Source of the DNA: a virus
Length of the DNA: 64,000 nt
IMG/VR virus record: IMGVR_UViG_3300003322_000730
Coordinates: 13,100-77,099 of that record
Strand: one strand, 5' to 3'
Below the pieces are notes generated by a model. That model did not search any database and had not been told where the DNA came from. It saw only the letters and a list, made by a program, of their open reading frames with translations. Position numbers and translations under genes: made by a program. Shown here piece by piece: positions 1 through 8,476 of the stretch (positions are counted from its first letter, which is position 1; each line of letters begins with the position of its first letter).

Positions 1-36
1 TGCAAATTATCACATTGAAAATTCGCTCTATCGTGC

Positions 37-183
37 TCATAGCTTCGCTTCAAAAAAGAATCCTGAAATTGATTTACCTGTGTGCTCTGCATGTAGATAC
101 GCAACACCCAGTATTGCGGCCAAAGAAAACACCCTTACCGGCACATCTTCGGTTTCTCCGTTGTGGTAGTGGATTGTTAGCAT
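37..183 (-). CDS. Small hypothetical protein (48 aa)
   Basis: Hand-translated MLTIHYHNGE...FEAKL; co-oriented with early genes. Confidence 0.4.
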   Translation of the reverse strand: MLTIHYHNGETEDVPVRVFSLAAILGVAYLHAEHTGKSISGFFFEAKL

Positions 184-203
184 GACTCAAAAAGTTTAGA
201 AGT

Positions 204-294
204 TGGTCACCAGAGAAAGAGTCGAACTTTCAATATCTATGCGTCCATAGAAACCGGATACTCTCCGGCGGGTCTACCATTCCCCTATCTGGTG
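204..294 (-). tRNA. Type II (Leu-like) tRNA or tRNA-like RNA with aberrant 5-nt anticodon loop
   Basis: Acceptor CACCAGA/TCTGGTG + A + CCA; D-arm GGGGAATGGTAGACCC; stem CCGGA/TCCGG with loop GAGTA; variable stem TCTATG/CATAGA; T-arm GAAAG-TTCGACT-CTTTC. Confidence 0.8.
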
Positions 295-300
295 TTACAA

Positions 301-344
301 GAAAGCCCGCTCCGCGTGTTGAGGCATCAAAAGAGCAGGCTTTC
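301..344 (-). terminator. Hairpin / possible terminator or processing stem just upstream of the tRNA-like gene
   Basis: GAAAGCC..GCTC / GAGC..GGCTTTC inverted repeat. Confidence 0.4.
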
Positions 345-799
345 CAAAATATTTAGTACCTAAAAGATTGTATTAAAATCGCTTGACTATTTCATGATTT
401 CTATCGGTTTGTTTCTCCCTGCCGGATTTTCCGGACTTTCAAAAGGGTTTGTTTCTGCATAGCGCCGGGCATCATCCGGCATGTTTCCCAAAATTTACAT
501 TCGGCAACGTGTCTAATCATTACCGTAAACGGCCGTTTTTCTTCCCCTGCGACCACCACGACCAGGACACAGGCATACACACGGAAGATTTACTTTTATC
601 GCTTTGGAAGTTGCTTAAAAAGCCAATACGATAAACCCGGTTTGTTTCTTAGCCACCGACCAACAAACCAGGCGAAAAAGGAAGGCCAGACAAAGACCGG
701 TTTTAACTCCCCCACCGATAAGGATTTACATTGTCTTCACTACATCCAAGAATACACACCCAAACATTCTAAGGTGAATAGATGGGTTATGTAAGGTTT

Positions 800-1015
800 T
801 TACGGGACTTGTCTGGCAACCTCAAGTGTAGGCTGATTGATAAGATGACCGTTTTCCCATATCTGAATCGTAATCAATGGCGATTGATGGGATAATTCCT
901 TTTCTCGCTGTTCACCCGCTGATTTCGCAGCCGCCCAGCTATTGCCAGCATAAGCGATAAGCCCCGCCATGCTGCCGGCAAGATCGTATTCAACGATTGT
1001 AACGTAAGTGTTCAT
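800..1015 (-). CDS. Hypothetical early protein
   Basis: 71 aa ORF in tightly packed leftward array. Confidence 0.6.
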   Translation of the reverse strand: MNTYVTIVEYDLAGSMAGLIAYAGNSWAAAKSAGEQREKELSHQSPLITIQIWENGHLINQPTLEVARQVP

Positions 1016-1029
1016 AATGGATCAGTGGG

Positions 1030-1434
1030 TTAAACGCGGACCTTCATAACAACCTGAATGAAGTCAACCAGGCATTTCCAAACAGCATCAATTTTTGTAA
1101 TCCCTTCGCGGGAAAAGATGTGCCCCCATTCGCCTGTGTGCTTTTGCCCCTGAATTTCACAGTATCCATCTTTGATCAAAACAGAGTATGAGTCATCCTC
1201 GATTTTTTGAACCGCTAACATGAGCCAATCCCATGATTCGTAAAACCTAAGACCGCATATTGGAATATGTATTCCCACAGTCATTCCTAATTTCTGCTGA
1301 ATGCCTGAAACTTCCATACCGGTCCACGCGCCGTAGTGTGGATATCCATTAGGGTTGTATGGATTGGCTATTCTTCCTCCCATGAATTTAGCAATCACAC
1401 AATTGCCGTATTCAATTTCCGTAAGTTCTTCCAT
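1030..1434 (-). CDS. Hypothetical phage protein
   Basis: Likely start MEELTE; pattern N..IAKFMG...FYESWDWLM.AVQKIE recalled from Bacteroidota phages. Confidence 0.7.
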   Translation of the reverse strand: MEELTEIEYGNCVIAKFMGGRIANPYNPNGYPHYGAWTGMEVSGIQQKLGMTVGIHIPICGLRFYESWDWLMLAVQKIEDDSYSVLIKDGYCEIQGQKHTGEWGHIFSREGITKIDAVWKCLVDFIQVVMKVRV

Positions 1435-1556
1435 TGATTTACCGGCGTTTAACAACAAACTGTTTATCAAAGGACTTTTGAGCAAGCCACGCAGCCCCAA
1501 AGAAGAGGGCCCAAAAGATCAGAGTAGCATAGAGTAGTTCCATGAGTGAAAGAAGT

Positions 1557-1787
1557 TTAAGTAGTCATATATTTTTTGAGCTTTGCGGAGACAAAATACC
1601 GAGTCTCTTCCTGATTCCGATCTATCGGCAACGGGCTCCCGTCGAGCGCAACAACGGCGTGTGAAGAAATCTTAGCCCCAGTAACGGCATTGAAGGCTTG
1701 GCGGGATTCAACACAAGATATTTTATCAAAATGCTTTGAAACCAACTCTTGTAGTTGGTCTTTGGTTACTTCTACAAGTGCTGCCAT
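1557..1787 (-). CDS. Hypothetical protein
   Basis: Likely start MAALVEV; 76 aa. Confidence 0.55.
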   Translation of the reverse strand: MAALVEVTKDQLQELVSKHFDKISCVESRQAFNAVTGAKISSHAVVALDGSPLPIDRNQEETRYFVSAKLKKYMTT

Positions 1788-1985
1788 GAGTGAAAAGGGG
1801 GTTGAATGTGAGTGGTTAGATTTCGGTTGCCTGCCCAAACATTTGTTCGGCAATAGTCCAAGAAATACAAAAATGTTTTAACGTAAAATTTCGCGTATAA
1901 GCCACGATCTCTTCGCGGCCTTAGTGATTGTGCCGGACAATACAGAAAGCCCGGCGTGGCTTGGATTTGGCGGGGAGAAGTCGAT

Positions 1986-2552
1986 TTAAGATAGTTGCGG
2001 AATATTCACAATGTCCCATTCTATCATGTCTTCTACATCGTCGATGAAAATTTCGGCAGAAGAGAAAACCTCCGATACCTTGCGTTCGATACGTGAAATA
2101 CCCCAGTCGTCGAATAGATCGTTTCTCAATGCTTGTGCAAGAAAGTACCCCTTCAAAAGCGAAAGATCGTTAGAGATACGTATGGACGTGATTTCTTCCG
2201 GCAGGATGTTCCGGTATACACAAGATGCATGACCCATATTTTCATGGCTATCATCCATGCATACTTCGCTTTCGTCGATTGACACTTCAACAACAACCAG
2301 CCGGCAGTCTTTTGATGTTGCTGCGGCAAATTTAGCGGATTCGGATGCAAACCTGAAACCAATTTGTAAAACCTCATCCTGATTCAATTCGTCATCTTCG
2401 CGGCATTCGTATTCGACCAGTTTTTCGGAATCCCAAAGGTAAACAGCATCCCGTGAGCAGGACCAAACTTTAGTATCATCGCAGACTAATCCGTTTTCGA
2501 GAATGAAAGGAAGGTTATCGGCGCATGTTCCGTGGAAATATGTCTTTTTCAT
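1986..2552 (-). CDS. Putative ADP-ribosyltransferase-fold protein (Tpt1/KptA- or DarT-like)
   Basis: YFHGT-x4-L-x2-ILENGL, AVYL, VVVEVSID, VYRNILPEEI match the H-G-T class NAD-binding fold. Confidence 0.6.
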   Translation of the reverse strand: MKKTYFHGTCADNLPFILENGLVCDDTKVWSCSRDAVYLWDSEKLVEYECREDDELNQDEVLQIGFRFASESAKFAAATSKDCRLVVVEVSIDESEVCMDDSHENMGHASCVYRNILPEEITSIRISNDLSLLKGYFLAQALRNDLFDDWGISRIERKVSEVFSSAEIFIDDVEDMIEWDIVNIPQLS

Positions 2553-2589
2553 GATAATGAGTAGTTAATGGTTAATCAATGTTTTTCGT

Positions 2590-2641
2590 GAGCTTTGCCG
2601 GATTCGATCCGTACTACCGGTAAAACCGTAGTGCAAAGCCC
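2590..2641 (-). ncRNA. tRNA-minihelix-like structured leader element
   Basis: 9-bp stem GGGCTTTGC/GCAAAGCTC enclosing an ACTAC/GTAGT hairpin and CGG-ATCGAAT-CCG T-loop-like arm. Confidence 0.5.
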
Positions 2642-2654
2642 TGGTAAATGGCTG

Positions 2655-2825
2655 TTATGCGAGGTCAGGGTTTATTAAGGTGCCTTGTTCGGAATAGATA
2701 TCGTCCCCTTCATCTTCCAAGTAATCAATAGCCTCTTCATACGAGCACCCTACACATTCCATGTATTCATGTGCGGCTTTATCTTTGGCTTGTTCGGCAA
2801 GTTCTGTGAATTTGTAGCGTTTCAT
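2655..2825 (-). CDS. Small acidic hypothetical protein (56 aa, not in ORF track)
   Basis: Hand-translated MKRYKFTELAEQAKDKAAHEYMECVGCSYEEAIDYLEDEGDDIYSEQGTLINPDLA. Confidence 0.7.
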   Translation of the reverse strand: MKRYKFTELAEQAKDKAAHEYMECVGCSYEEAIDYLEDEGDDIYSEQGTLINPDLA

Positions 2826-3151
2826 GTTGGTTTATGGGTTTATGGTTATTATATTTGCGTCACTCATTCTGCCACGATAGGAGAAAGGAGTTTCAAAGCC
2901 CGATGCATCAAGACATGTACCGGGCTTTGCGGTTTTAGAAACTGTTTCAACCTTTCGGCCATCATCAGATAGGGCACACACCCTATTACAGTTCGCGTAA
3001 TGTTGCTATGAAACACACAGGCCGGAGAATAACCGTAGCCTATCGTTGCCTTACGCGGGTGTCCCTCACCTAGCGGCCAGCGGGATTCCGGTACCGCTGA
3101 TTATCCGTCTTACTCTGTAAAGCCGAGTGATAAAGCTATCAAAGACGTGGC

Positions 3152-3370
3152 TTACTCTACTTTTTGCGACATTGCGATTGTAGTTGCAATATGCTCAACT
3201 GTCAACGTTTGTCCCATGAATTGGTGAGTGGCAAGATAAGTGATCTTAACAACCTCACCCTGGCTATTGGTAGTGGTCAGAATATCCACGATAGTTTCAA
3301 CATCCCTGCGGATCTTTTTGCCGCGCGTCTGAATGAACTGATAGCCGATAGGGAATTGAGGTGTTTTCAT
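3152..3370 (-). CDS. Hypothetical protein
   Basis: Likely start MKTPQFPIG downstream of promoter at about 3490-3520. Confidence 0.6.
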   Translation of the reverse strand: MKTPQFPIGYQFIQTRGKKIRRDVETIVDILTTTNSQGEVVKITYLATHQFMGQTLTVEHIATTIAMSQKVE

Positions 3371-3488
3371 AATTGAAAGTAGAGTTAAGTACTTGATTCT
3401 CAAAAAGCTGATACGTTGCTGCATATGTGCGGTGCGCTCTCTGTATCACTGCCGGATCTTTTCATTTCCGTTTGTCTTTCTGATGATG

Positions 3489-3530
3489 TAAAGATAGGCA
3501 AAAACTTTAATATACAAAAACTTTTACCTA
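3489..3530 (-). promoter_or_regulatory. Leftward promoter (TTTG ... TATCTTTA) bracketed by TAGGYAAAA inverted repeat
   Basis: Near-consensus Bacteroidota -33/-7; TAGGCAAAA 3495-3503 and TTTTACCTA 3522-3530. Confidence 0.6.
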
Positions 3531-3560
3531 ATGTTTTTGATTTATTTTTTCGGGGATGGG

Positions 3561-3983
3561 TTAGAGGCAATAAACCGACCTCACGGCGTTGTATTGCTTA
3601 ATATTCGGGATAATATCGCGTATATCAACATCCCATTTAAAGGGGCCTAACTTATCGCTTATATCCTGAGCAAGCCTCTTTGCGCTTTTGTGGTATCCAT
3701 GCTTTACCGGTATATCCGTGGCCTCGTGTAGCAGATAAAATTTATAATCACCATCCTGTCTTTTAGAGCAATACAGAGCAAGCCCAGGGATATTTACCTC
3801 TATCTTTTGAAACGGTCTGTCGTATAGTTGAAACCAAGCGTTTGCTTGCTGCATATACGCCGCCCAAATATCGAATTCTTGCTTACACTCGGTCATTGCC
3901 ACAAACATAAAGCTAGTTTCCAGGTCAGTAACAAACGCGGTTTCTGGCATTGCGTAGAAAGATGGATTTGGTTTAGTAGACAT
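3561..3983 (-). CDS. Hypothetical protein
   Basis: 140 aa ORF in leftward array. Confidence 0.65.
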   Translation of the reverse strand: MSTKPNPSFYAMPETAFVTDLETSFMFVAMTECKQEFDIWAAYMQQANAWFQLYDRPFQKIEVNIPGLALYCSKRQDGDYKFYLLHEATDIPVKHGYHKSAKRLAQDISDKLGPFKWDVDIRDIIPNIKQYNAVRSVYCL

Positions 3984-4046
3984 GATTGAAAAGCATTTAA
4001 GAGGTTGAAAGTGATTTTGTTTGCTACCAAGGGCGCAAAGTCTAGG

Positions 4047-4289
4047 TTAAAGTTGAATAGAAAGTATGTAGTAGTCTTTTCCGCTGCCCTCGTGGAAAAC
4101 TCGGTTTGCGCATAGTTCATCAAAGTTAGAATCATGCAAGAATCTATTCCAATCACACTTTTTAAGATTGATCCGGCAAGCAGAATGTGTGTATTGGTGA
4201 GTGAAAGAGTATCCTAATTTAGTTGCCAGCGACAGGAACTTAACCCGCTGTAATCGTAGCCTTTTGATTTCTTTTCGGATCGCATTCAT
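4047..4289 (-). CDS. Hypothetical protein
   Basis: 80 aa ORF in leftward array. Confidence 0.6.
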   Translation of the reverse strand: MNAIRKEIKRLRLQRVKFLSLATKLGYSFTHQYTHSACRINLKKCDWNRFLHDSNFDELCANRVFHEGSGKDYYILSIQL

Positions 4290-4304
4290 TTGATAAATAG
4301 AGGT

Positions 4305-4499
4305 TTAAAGCGTAAAAGAAATAACAGAAACACCTTTGTATTCAGCCACATCCAAATCCCTCCACAATCCCCCATACAACCGATACCGCGCAGGACGCTG
4401 CTCAACTTCAATAGAGTGCCCCGGACGAATCCGCTGAACCTCCGTAGTAGCTAATTTCACGTCTACGGCTAAATGAGTGTTGTTGATAATGGTTTTCAT
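4305..4499 (-). CDS. Hypothetical protein
   Basis: 64 aa ORF in leftward array. Confidence 0.6.
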   Translation of the reverse strand: MKTIINNTHLAVDVKLATTEVQRIRPGHSIEVEQRPARYRLYGGLWRDLDVAEYKGVSVISFTL

Positions 4500-4567
4500 T
4501 GGTGAGAGTTGTTTATCAAGTGAACCTACCGCCGAAGCGGTAACGCACGGTTTTCACGCCTTAATCA

Positions 4568-4861
4568 CTATATCTTGGTAAAGCCTCCAGAATAAGGACC
4601 GCGTCCATCCCACTTCTTACCGTTGAGATACCAATCACCTTTGACTTGCTGGATATACACCCCAGGAATGCCATTTAAACGCTCTTTGGTAGTATCAGAG
4701 AACCAACCGGCATTAGAGATAAAGATATCGCTACCCTCACGGTAAGCAATCAGATTTCCATGCAAATACAAGCCTGATCCATCAGAAGATGTATTGCCCA
4801 TAGTAAGTTTTTGACCAGTTAAGAAGGCTGAAACAGTTGCGGTAGTTACTTTACGTGCCAT
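4568..4861 (-). CDS. Conserved hypothetical early phage protein, first gene of leftward operon
   Basis: LHGNLIA...NAGWFSDTTKERLNGI pattern recalled from phage early proteins; consensus promoter upstream. Confidence 0.75.
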   Translation of the reverse strand: MARKVTTATVSAFLTGQKLTMGNTSSDGSGLYLHGNLIAYREGSDIFISNAGWFSDTTKERLNGIPGVYIQQVKGDWYLNGKKWDGRGPYSGGFTKI

Positions 4862-4912
4862 GATTTCTAAGTGTTTAAGTAGGTTGGTTTTGTGATTGCC
4901 TTAGCTTCATAT

Positions 4913-4955
4913 CAAAGGTAAGAATAAAGTTTTAATATGCAAAAGTTTTTGCCTA
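4913..4955 (-). promoter_or_regulatory. Leftward early promoter, -7 TACCTTTG, -33 TTTG
   Basis: CAAAGGTA at 4913-4920 and CAAA at 4940-4943 on +, 19 bp apart; adjacent TTTTTGCCTA site. Confidence 0.75.
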
Positions 4956-4959
4956 AATA

Positions 4960-6030
4960 TTTTCAAAATAAATATGAAATAGGCAAAAACAGGCATATTT
5001 TAACAGGCAAAAGTGCGTTTCCAGTGAATAGGGGCACTTTTAGGGGTGCAAAGTGGTGTATAAATAATTCAGCAAAATACCGAAGGCATCAAGTGTTTTC
5101 CCGGGAAAATCGGAGACTTTCAAGCAGACCTGCATACAAAAGCACTAAAATATACCAAGCAGTATTATACATTCCCAGGATAACATTGCACCTAAAAGAA
5201 ACCACGTAATTCTACTTATAAGACGCGCGCGCGGAATGGTACTTATATAGACCAGCGGACTACCATATAAGCCCCGTATATGGCATTGGATAGGGCAAGG
5301 GACTGATGTGTGTACGTAGGAGTATAGAGACGAACAATAAGGGCATATACAGCAATAGAAGAGAATCAGACAAGAATATACTTTGTATAGTGGATAGTAA
5401 TGTGCCATACAGTACATTTTCATGATTCGATATACGGCAGAAACAGAGGGCTGACAAGGAAGTGGCAGGATCAGGGATTTTTACACTTTTTCGCCCCGTT
5501 TTTCTCTATGCATGCGGGCGAATCAGGATACCTATGCGAACACACCTATGAACGCCCCGGTTTTCGCGGAATAATACAACGGCCTTTTGTCTCCCTTGTG
5601 CATTTTTGCCTATACATAGAAACGGCTTTGATTAGTACTATTTTGCACTATTCACAGACACCTGCGCCAATGTATAGCAGGATCATGCATAACTAACTGT
5701 ATATCAGCTCACAACAGTAGAAAGTCTATTATGTAGTAAGTAATAGAACGCACCGTGGCCTGATTTGCTTTGCGCCGCAGAGGACTTTGGCAGGACCGGT
5801 TTAGGGGGGGTGGGGGTCGGCCGATTTGGGCAATTGGGAATTGTACACAAACTTTTCACAAAAAACGCCCTCACGGGCCTTCGGCCCTTTCCTGCCCTCT
5901 GCCAAACAATCCAGCGATCACCCTGTCACACCAAGCAACCACAGCAGATCACGTCTCACACGCAAGAAAACAGGCCAATCCAGCCATTCTGCTTTCATAA
6001 TCCTGACTAACATCCATAATCCACCTGAGA
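4960..6030. other. Divergent ~1 kb non-coding control region (candidate genome end / packaging site / origin)
   Basis: Gene strand switches here; no credible ORF; TACTTATA repeats, CGCGCGCG, G-tract at 5803-5816. Confidence 0.55.
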
Positions 6031-6062
6031 ATCCGTATCTTTCGCCAAAAAACTCGACAAAC

Positions 6063-6362
6063 ATGCAGAACACAAAGAAACTCTCACTTTTTCAGGTTGA
6101 CCCTTGGGATGGTCACTGCCTGAGTATTTGGTATTGGCGCACTTACCGCTATGGTAGATGGGATTATACCCGAACGCTGAATATTTCGTGGATGTGGTAT
6201 TGGTGGCGCAAGAATGGTGTATCTTCCCAGTGGGGGTATCGTAACAATGGGGCCAAGAAGTCAGATGGCGACACCTGTCTTGATCAAACACTCTCCTTGG
6301 GGTATCTTGTTTTCAATCATATCAACTGGAATCTGCAAGGTGTTTCAAAGTCTCAGATTTGA
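6063..6362 (+). CDS. Hypothetical Trp-rich protein
   Basis: Likely start MQNTKK after TATCTTTC promoter-like box. Confidence 0.55.
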   Translation: MQNTKKLSLFQVDPWDGHCLSIWYWRTYRYGRWDYTRTLNISWMWYWWRKNGVSSQWGYRNNGAKKSDGDTCLDQTLSLGYLVFNHINWNLQGVSKSQI

Positions 6363-6448
6363 TTTGCGTAACTTTTGTCTCGACATTTTGAGCAAAAACA
6401 CTTTTTCAGTATTGAATTTCGTAAGTTTCACCCTAAAAGCATTCATTC

Positions 6449-6643
6449 ATGGGCTTTATCACACTCGACAGTGGCCATGTAGTCCACGCCAGCTGCTTAC
6501 CGCCACTGAATCCTCACGGAGGCATTGAGATTGTCTGGATTGATCCGGAAACGGGGAAGATTCACACTCTCGTAGAGAAGACCGTTGATCTAGACGGAGA
6601 GGTAGTTGACCTGGTAGACGAGCATTTCTGGGATTTGATCTGA
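6449..6643 (+). CDS. Hypothetical protein
   Basis: 64 aa ORF followed by terminator. Confidence 0.6.
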   Translation: MGFITLDSGHVVHASCLPPLNPHGGIEIVWIDPETGKIHTLVEKTVDLDGEVVDLVDEHFWDLI

Positions 6644-6690
6644 GCCTTCTGCTATCTTTACATAATTTTCGTAGATTTTCATTTATACTT

Positions 6691-6723
6691 AGACGCACAT
6701 TCTCCTGGGGTGTGCGTCTTTTT
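6691..6723 (+). terminator. Intrinsic terminator
   Basis: AGACGCACA/TGTGCGTCT stem + T tract. Confidence 0.75.
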
Positions 6724-6884
6724 GTTGATACCATCGGTAGTACCGATAGAACCCATTCAAAACCGGAGGTCTTTATACGCAAAATCAAGGTGGCCAAAAA
6801 TTTTCCGGCAGAAATTGTCCCTCACGGGCTTGACATTAAGTTAGAAATTGTTACTTTTGATTGAACATTAAAAGACGGTTGATT

Positions 6885-7256
6885 ATGTTGTCAGATTATT
6901 CAGACGAAGAGTTAAGAGACGAGTTGTCTCGACGACACTCAAAGCCAAAACATCTACTTGATTACTTTGCGAATCCAGAGGACCTTTACTCGGCTCATGG
7001 ACTTACACTTGTTCAGACCTGCGGTGCGTGTCCGGAGCAATATGATGTATTTCGTGGTGATGAACAGGTCGCCTATCTACGGCTAAGACACGGATTTTTC
7101 CGGGTTGATCTTGGAGAGTGTGGTGGTGAGATTATCGCTTCTGGTCATCCAAAGGGAGATGGGTGCTTTGAGCCGGACGAAAGGATGCATTTTATGCACC
7201 GGGCACTTAGAGCAATCATTTCCCGCATTCATCCAACAATATCAAGTAAATCATGA
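6885..7256 (+). CDS. Conserved hypothetical phage protein
   Basis: TCGACPEQYDVF...YLRLRHGFFRVD pattern recalled from diverse phages. Confidence 0.75.
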   Translation: MLSDYSDEELRDELSRRHSKPKHLLDYFANPEDLYSAHGLTLVQTCGACPEQYDVFRGDEQVAYLRLRHGFFRVDLGECGGEIIASGHPKGDGCFEPDERMHFMHRALRAIISRIHPTISSKS

Positions 7257-7438
7257 AGTGTTACGCCCTAAAAAGGAAAGATGATGAGTGGTCTGGCAGG
7301 TGGGAGATTATTGGTATTTACTCAACAGAAGAATTGGCCAACGAAGCCATGAGAAACGCCGCAAAAGCTATGCCTGATTTCTGGAGTTTTCGGATAGAAT
7401 CAATGCCTTTTGATTGGATGTTTTTATCACACGAATAA
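7253..7438 (+). CDS. Hypothetical protein
   Basis: ATGA overlap with upstream gene. Confidence 0.65.
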   Translation: MKCYALKRKDDEWSGRWEIIGIYSTEELANEAMRNAAKAMPDFWSFRIESMPFDWMFLSHE

Positions 7439-7578
7439 TGCGCGACACCTTCTGCATTACCTACGGGATCGTTTCATTGTACCTGCTATACAAAGAGCGG
7501 TTTTTGGAATACGGGTATTTGACATTGGCTTTTACTGGTGTTTGGTTTATTGTTCAAGAAATTCAGAAGAAGAGATGA
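7438..7578 (+). CDS. Small two-helix membrane protein (46 aa, not in ORF track)
   Basis: MRDTFCITYGIVSLYLLYKERFLEYGYLTLAFTGVWFIVQEIQKKR; TAATG and ATGA overlaps on both sides. Confidence 0.6.
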   Translation: MRDTFCITYGIVSLYLLYKERFLEYGYLTLAFTGVWFIVQEIQKKR

Positions 7579-7898
7579 ATGACCTCATATACGAAGAAAC
7601 TCTCTTGGAGTACGATGGGCCGCTCATAGCCGTTTACAGAGACTCTCTGGGATGTCCGTATATCCTATTCTGGGTAGATAATACCGAAACACAGAATGTA
7701 TGGCTTATTTTGAAGATAAATCAAGAGGCATTGGATCTTTTCTCTGGCGGATCTGTTGGGTTCAACTGGATTCTTGAAAGTTTCGGTCATGATGCCGATT
7801 ATATAGATATTGATTCTGTGGGCAAGTGGAGCAACAGAAGAAAAGTGAGCCAATTCGAAGTGATAAATTTCATAAGTGTGGAGGATTTTTATTTATAA
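7575..7898 (+). CDS. Hypothetical protein (YDGP motif)
   Basis: Start MNDLIYEETLLEYDGPL with ATGA overlap. Confidence 0.65.
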   Translation: MNDLIYEETLLEYDGPLIAVYRDSLGCPYILFWVDNTETQNVWLILKINQEALDLFSGGSVGFNWILESFGHDADYIDIDSVGKWSNRRKVSQFEVINFISVEDFYL

Positions 7899-7902
7899 CC
7901 AT

Positions 7903-8208
7903 ATGAACCGTAAAGACTTTTTCAAAACATTGCTTGGCGGGGCTGCTGTTGCAGCTGTGGCGCCGGAGATTGTGAGTGCTGAGCCTACAAGAAGGATGGC
8001 GAAGTTTGTTCCGTTCCCCAGTGGGGGTGTTGTTAACTGGTCAAGTACGGAAGACCTGATTTCTGCCACAGAAGCCAAGATTGATCACATTGCTCTTAAT
8101 GAGCACTTGCGAGTAGAAGCAGATAGGCGCAGCAAGATGATTGAAGAGGCAGTCAGAAAGTGGAATTCGGTATTTGAGGAGCACAGAAAAGAACTTGACG
8201 CTTTATGA
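7903..8208 (+). CDS. Hypothetical protein with Tat-like signal peptide
   Basis: MNRKDFFKTLLGGAAVAAVAPEIVSA resembles S/N-R-R-x-F-L-K. Confidence 0.65.
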   Translation: MNRKDFFKTLLGGAAVAAVAPEIVSAEPTRRMAKFVPFPSGGVVNWSSTEDLISATEAKIDHIALNEHLRVEADRRSKMIEEAVRKWNSVFEEHRKELDAL

Positions 8209-8468
8209 GTAATAAATCAGTAACCCTCGAAGAGTTCACAAACCTGTTTGATCCGCCGGTGGGAACATTGATCTACTGGGGTGGATATGAGTTCAGACGG
8301 GAAGAATCGGGTTGGTCTGCGACTGGCCTAGCTTATGATACTATGGATGGCCATCATGGACAGTTTTACATGACCGGAAAAGTTGAGCCAGAGACCTTCC
8401 CGGTAGAAGGCCGGTTGCCAGACGGCACCAGTATTGTGTATGATGTACCTTACAAGATGTTGAAGTAA
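8205..8468 (+). CDS. Hypothetical protein
   Basis: ATGA overlap, 87 aa. Confidence 0.65.
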   Translation: MSNKSVTLEEFTNLFDPPVGTLIYWGGYEFRREESGWSATGLAYDTMDGHHGQFYMTGKVEPETFPVEGRLPDGTSIVYDVPYKMLK

Positions 8469-8476
8469 ATTTATAA

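Noticed and set aside
4527-4542. UUCG hairpin between early genes
   Set aside because: Ordinary stabilising or processing stem; nothing further supportable
4937-6010. ORFs in the track within the divergent region and the many antisense ORFs inside long genes
   Set aside because: Atypical composition, mutual overlaps, no motifs; treated as shadow ORFs
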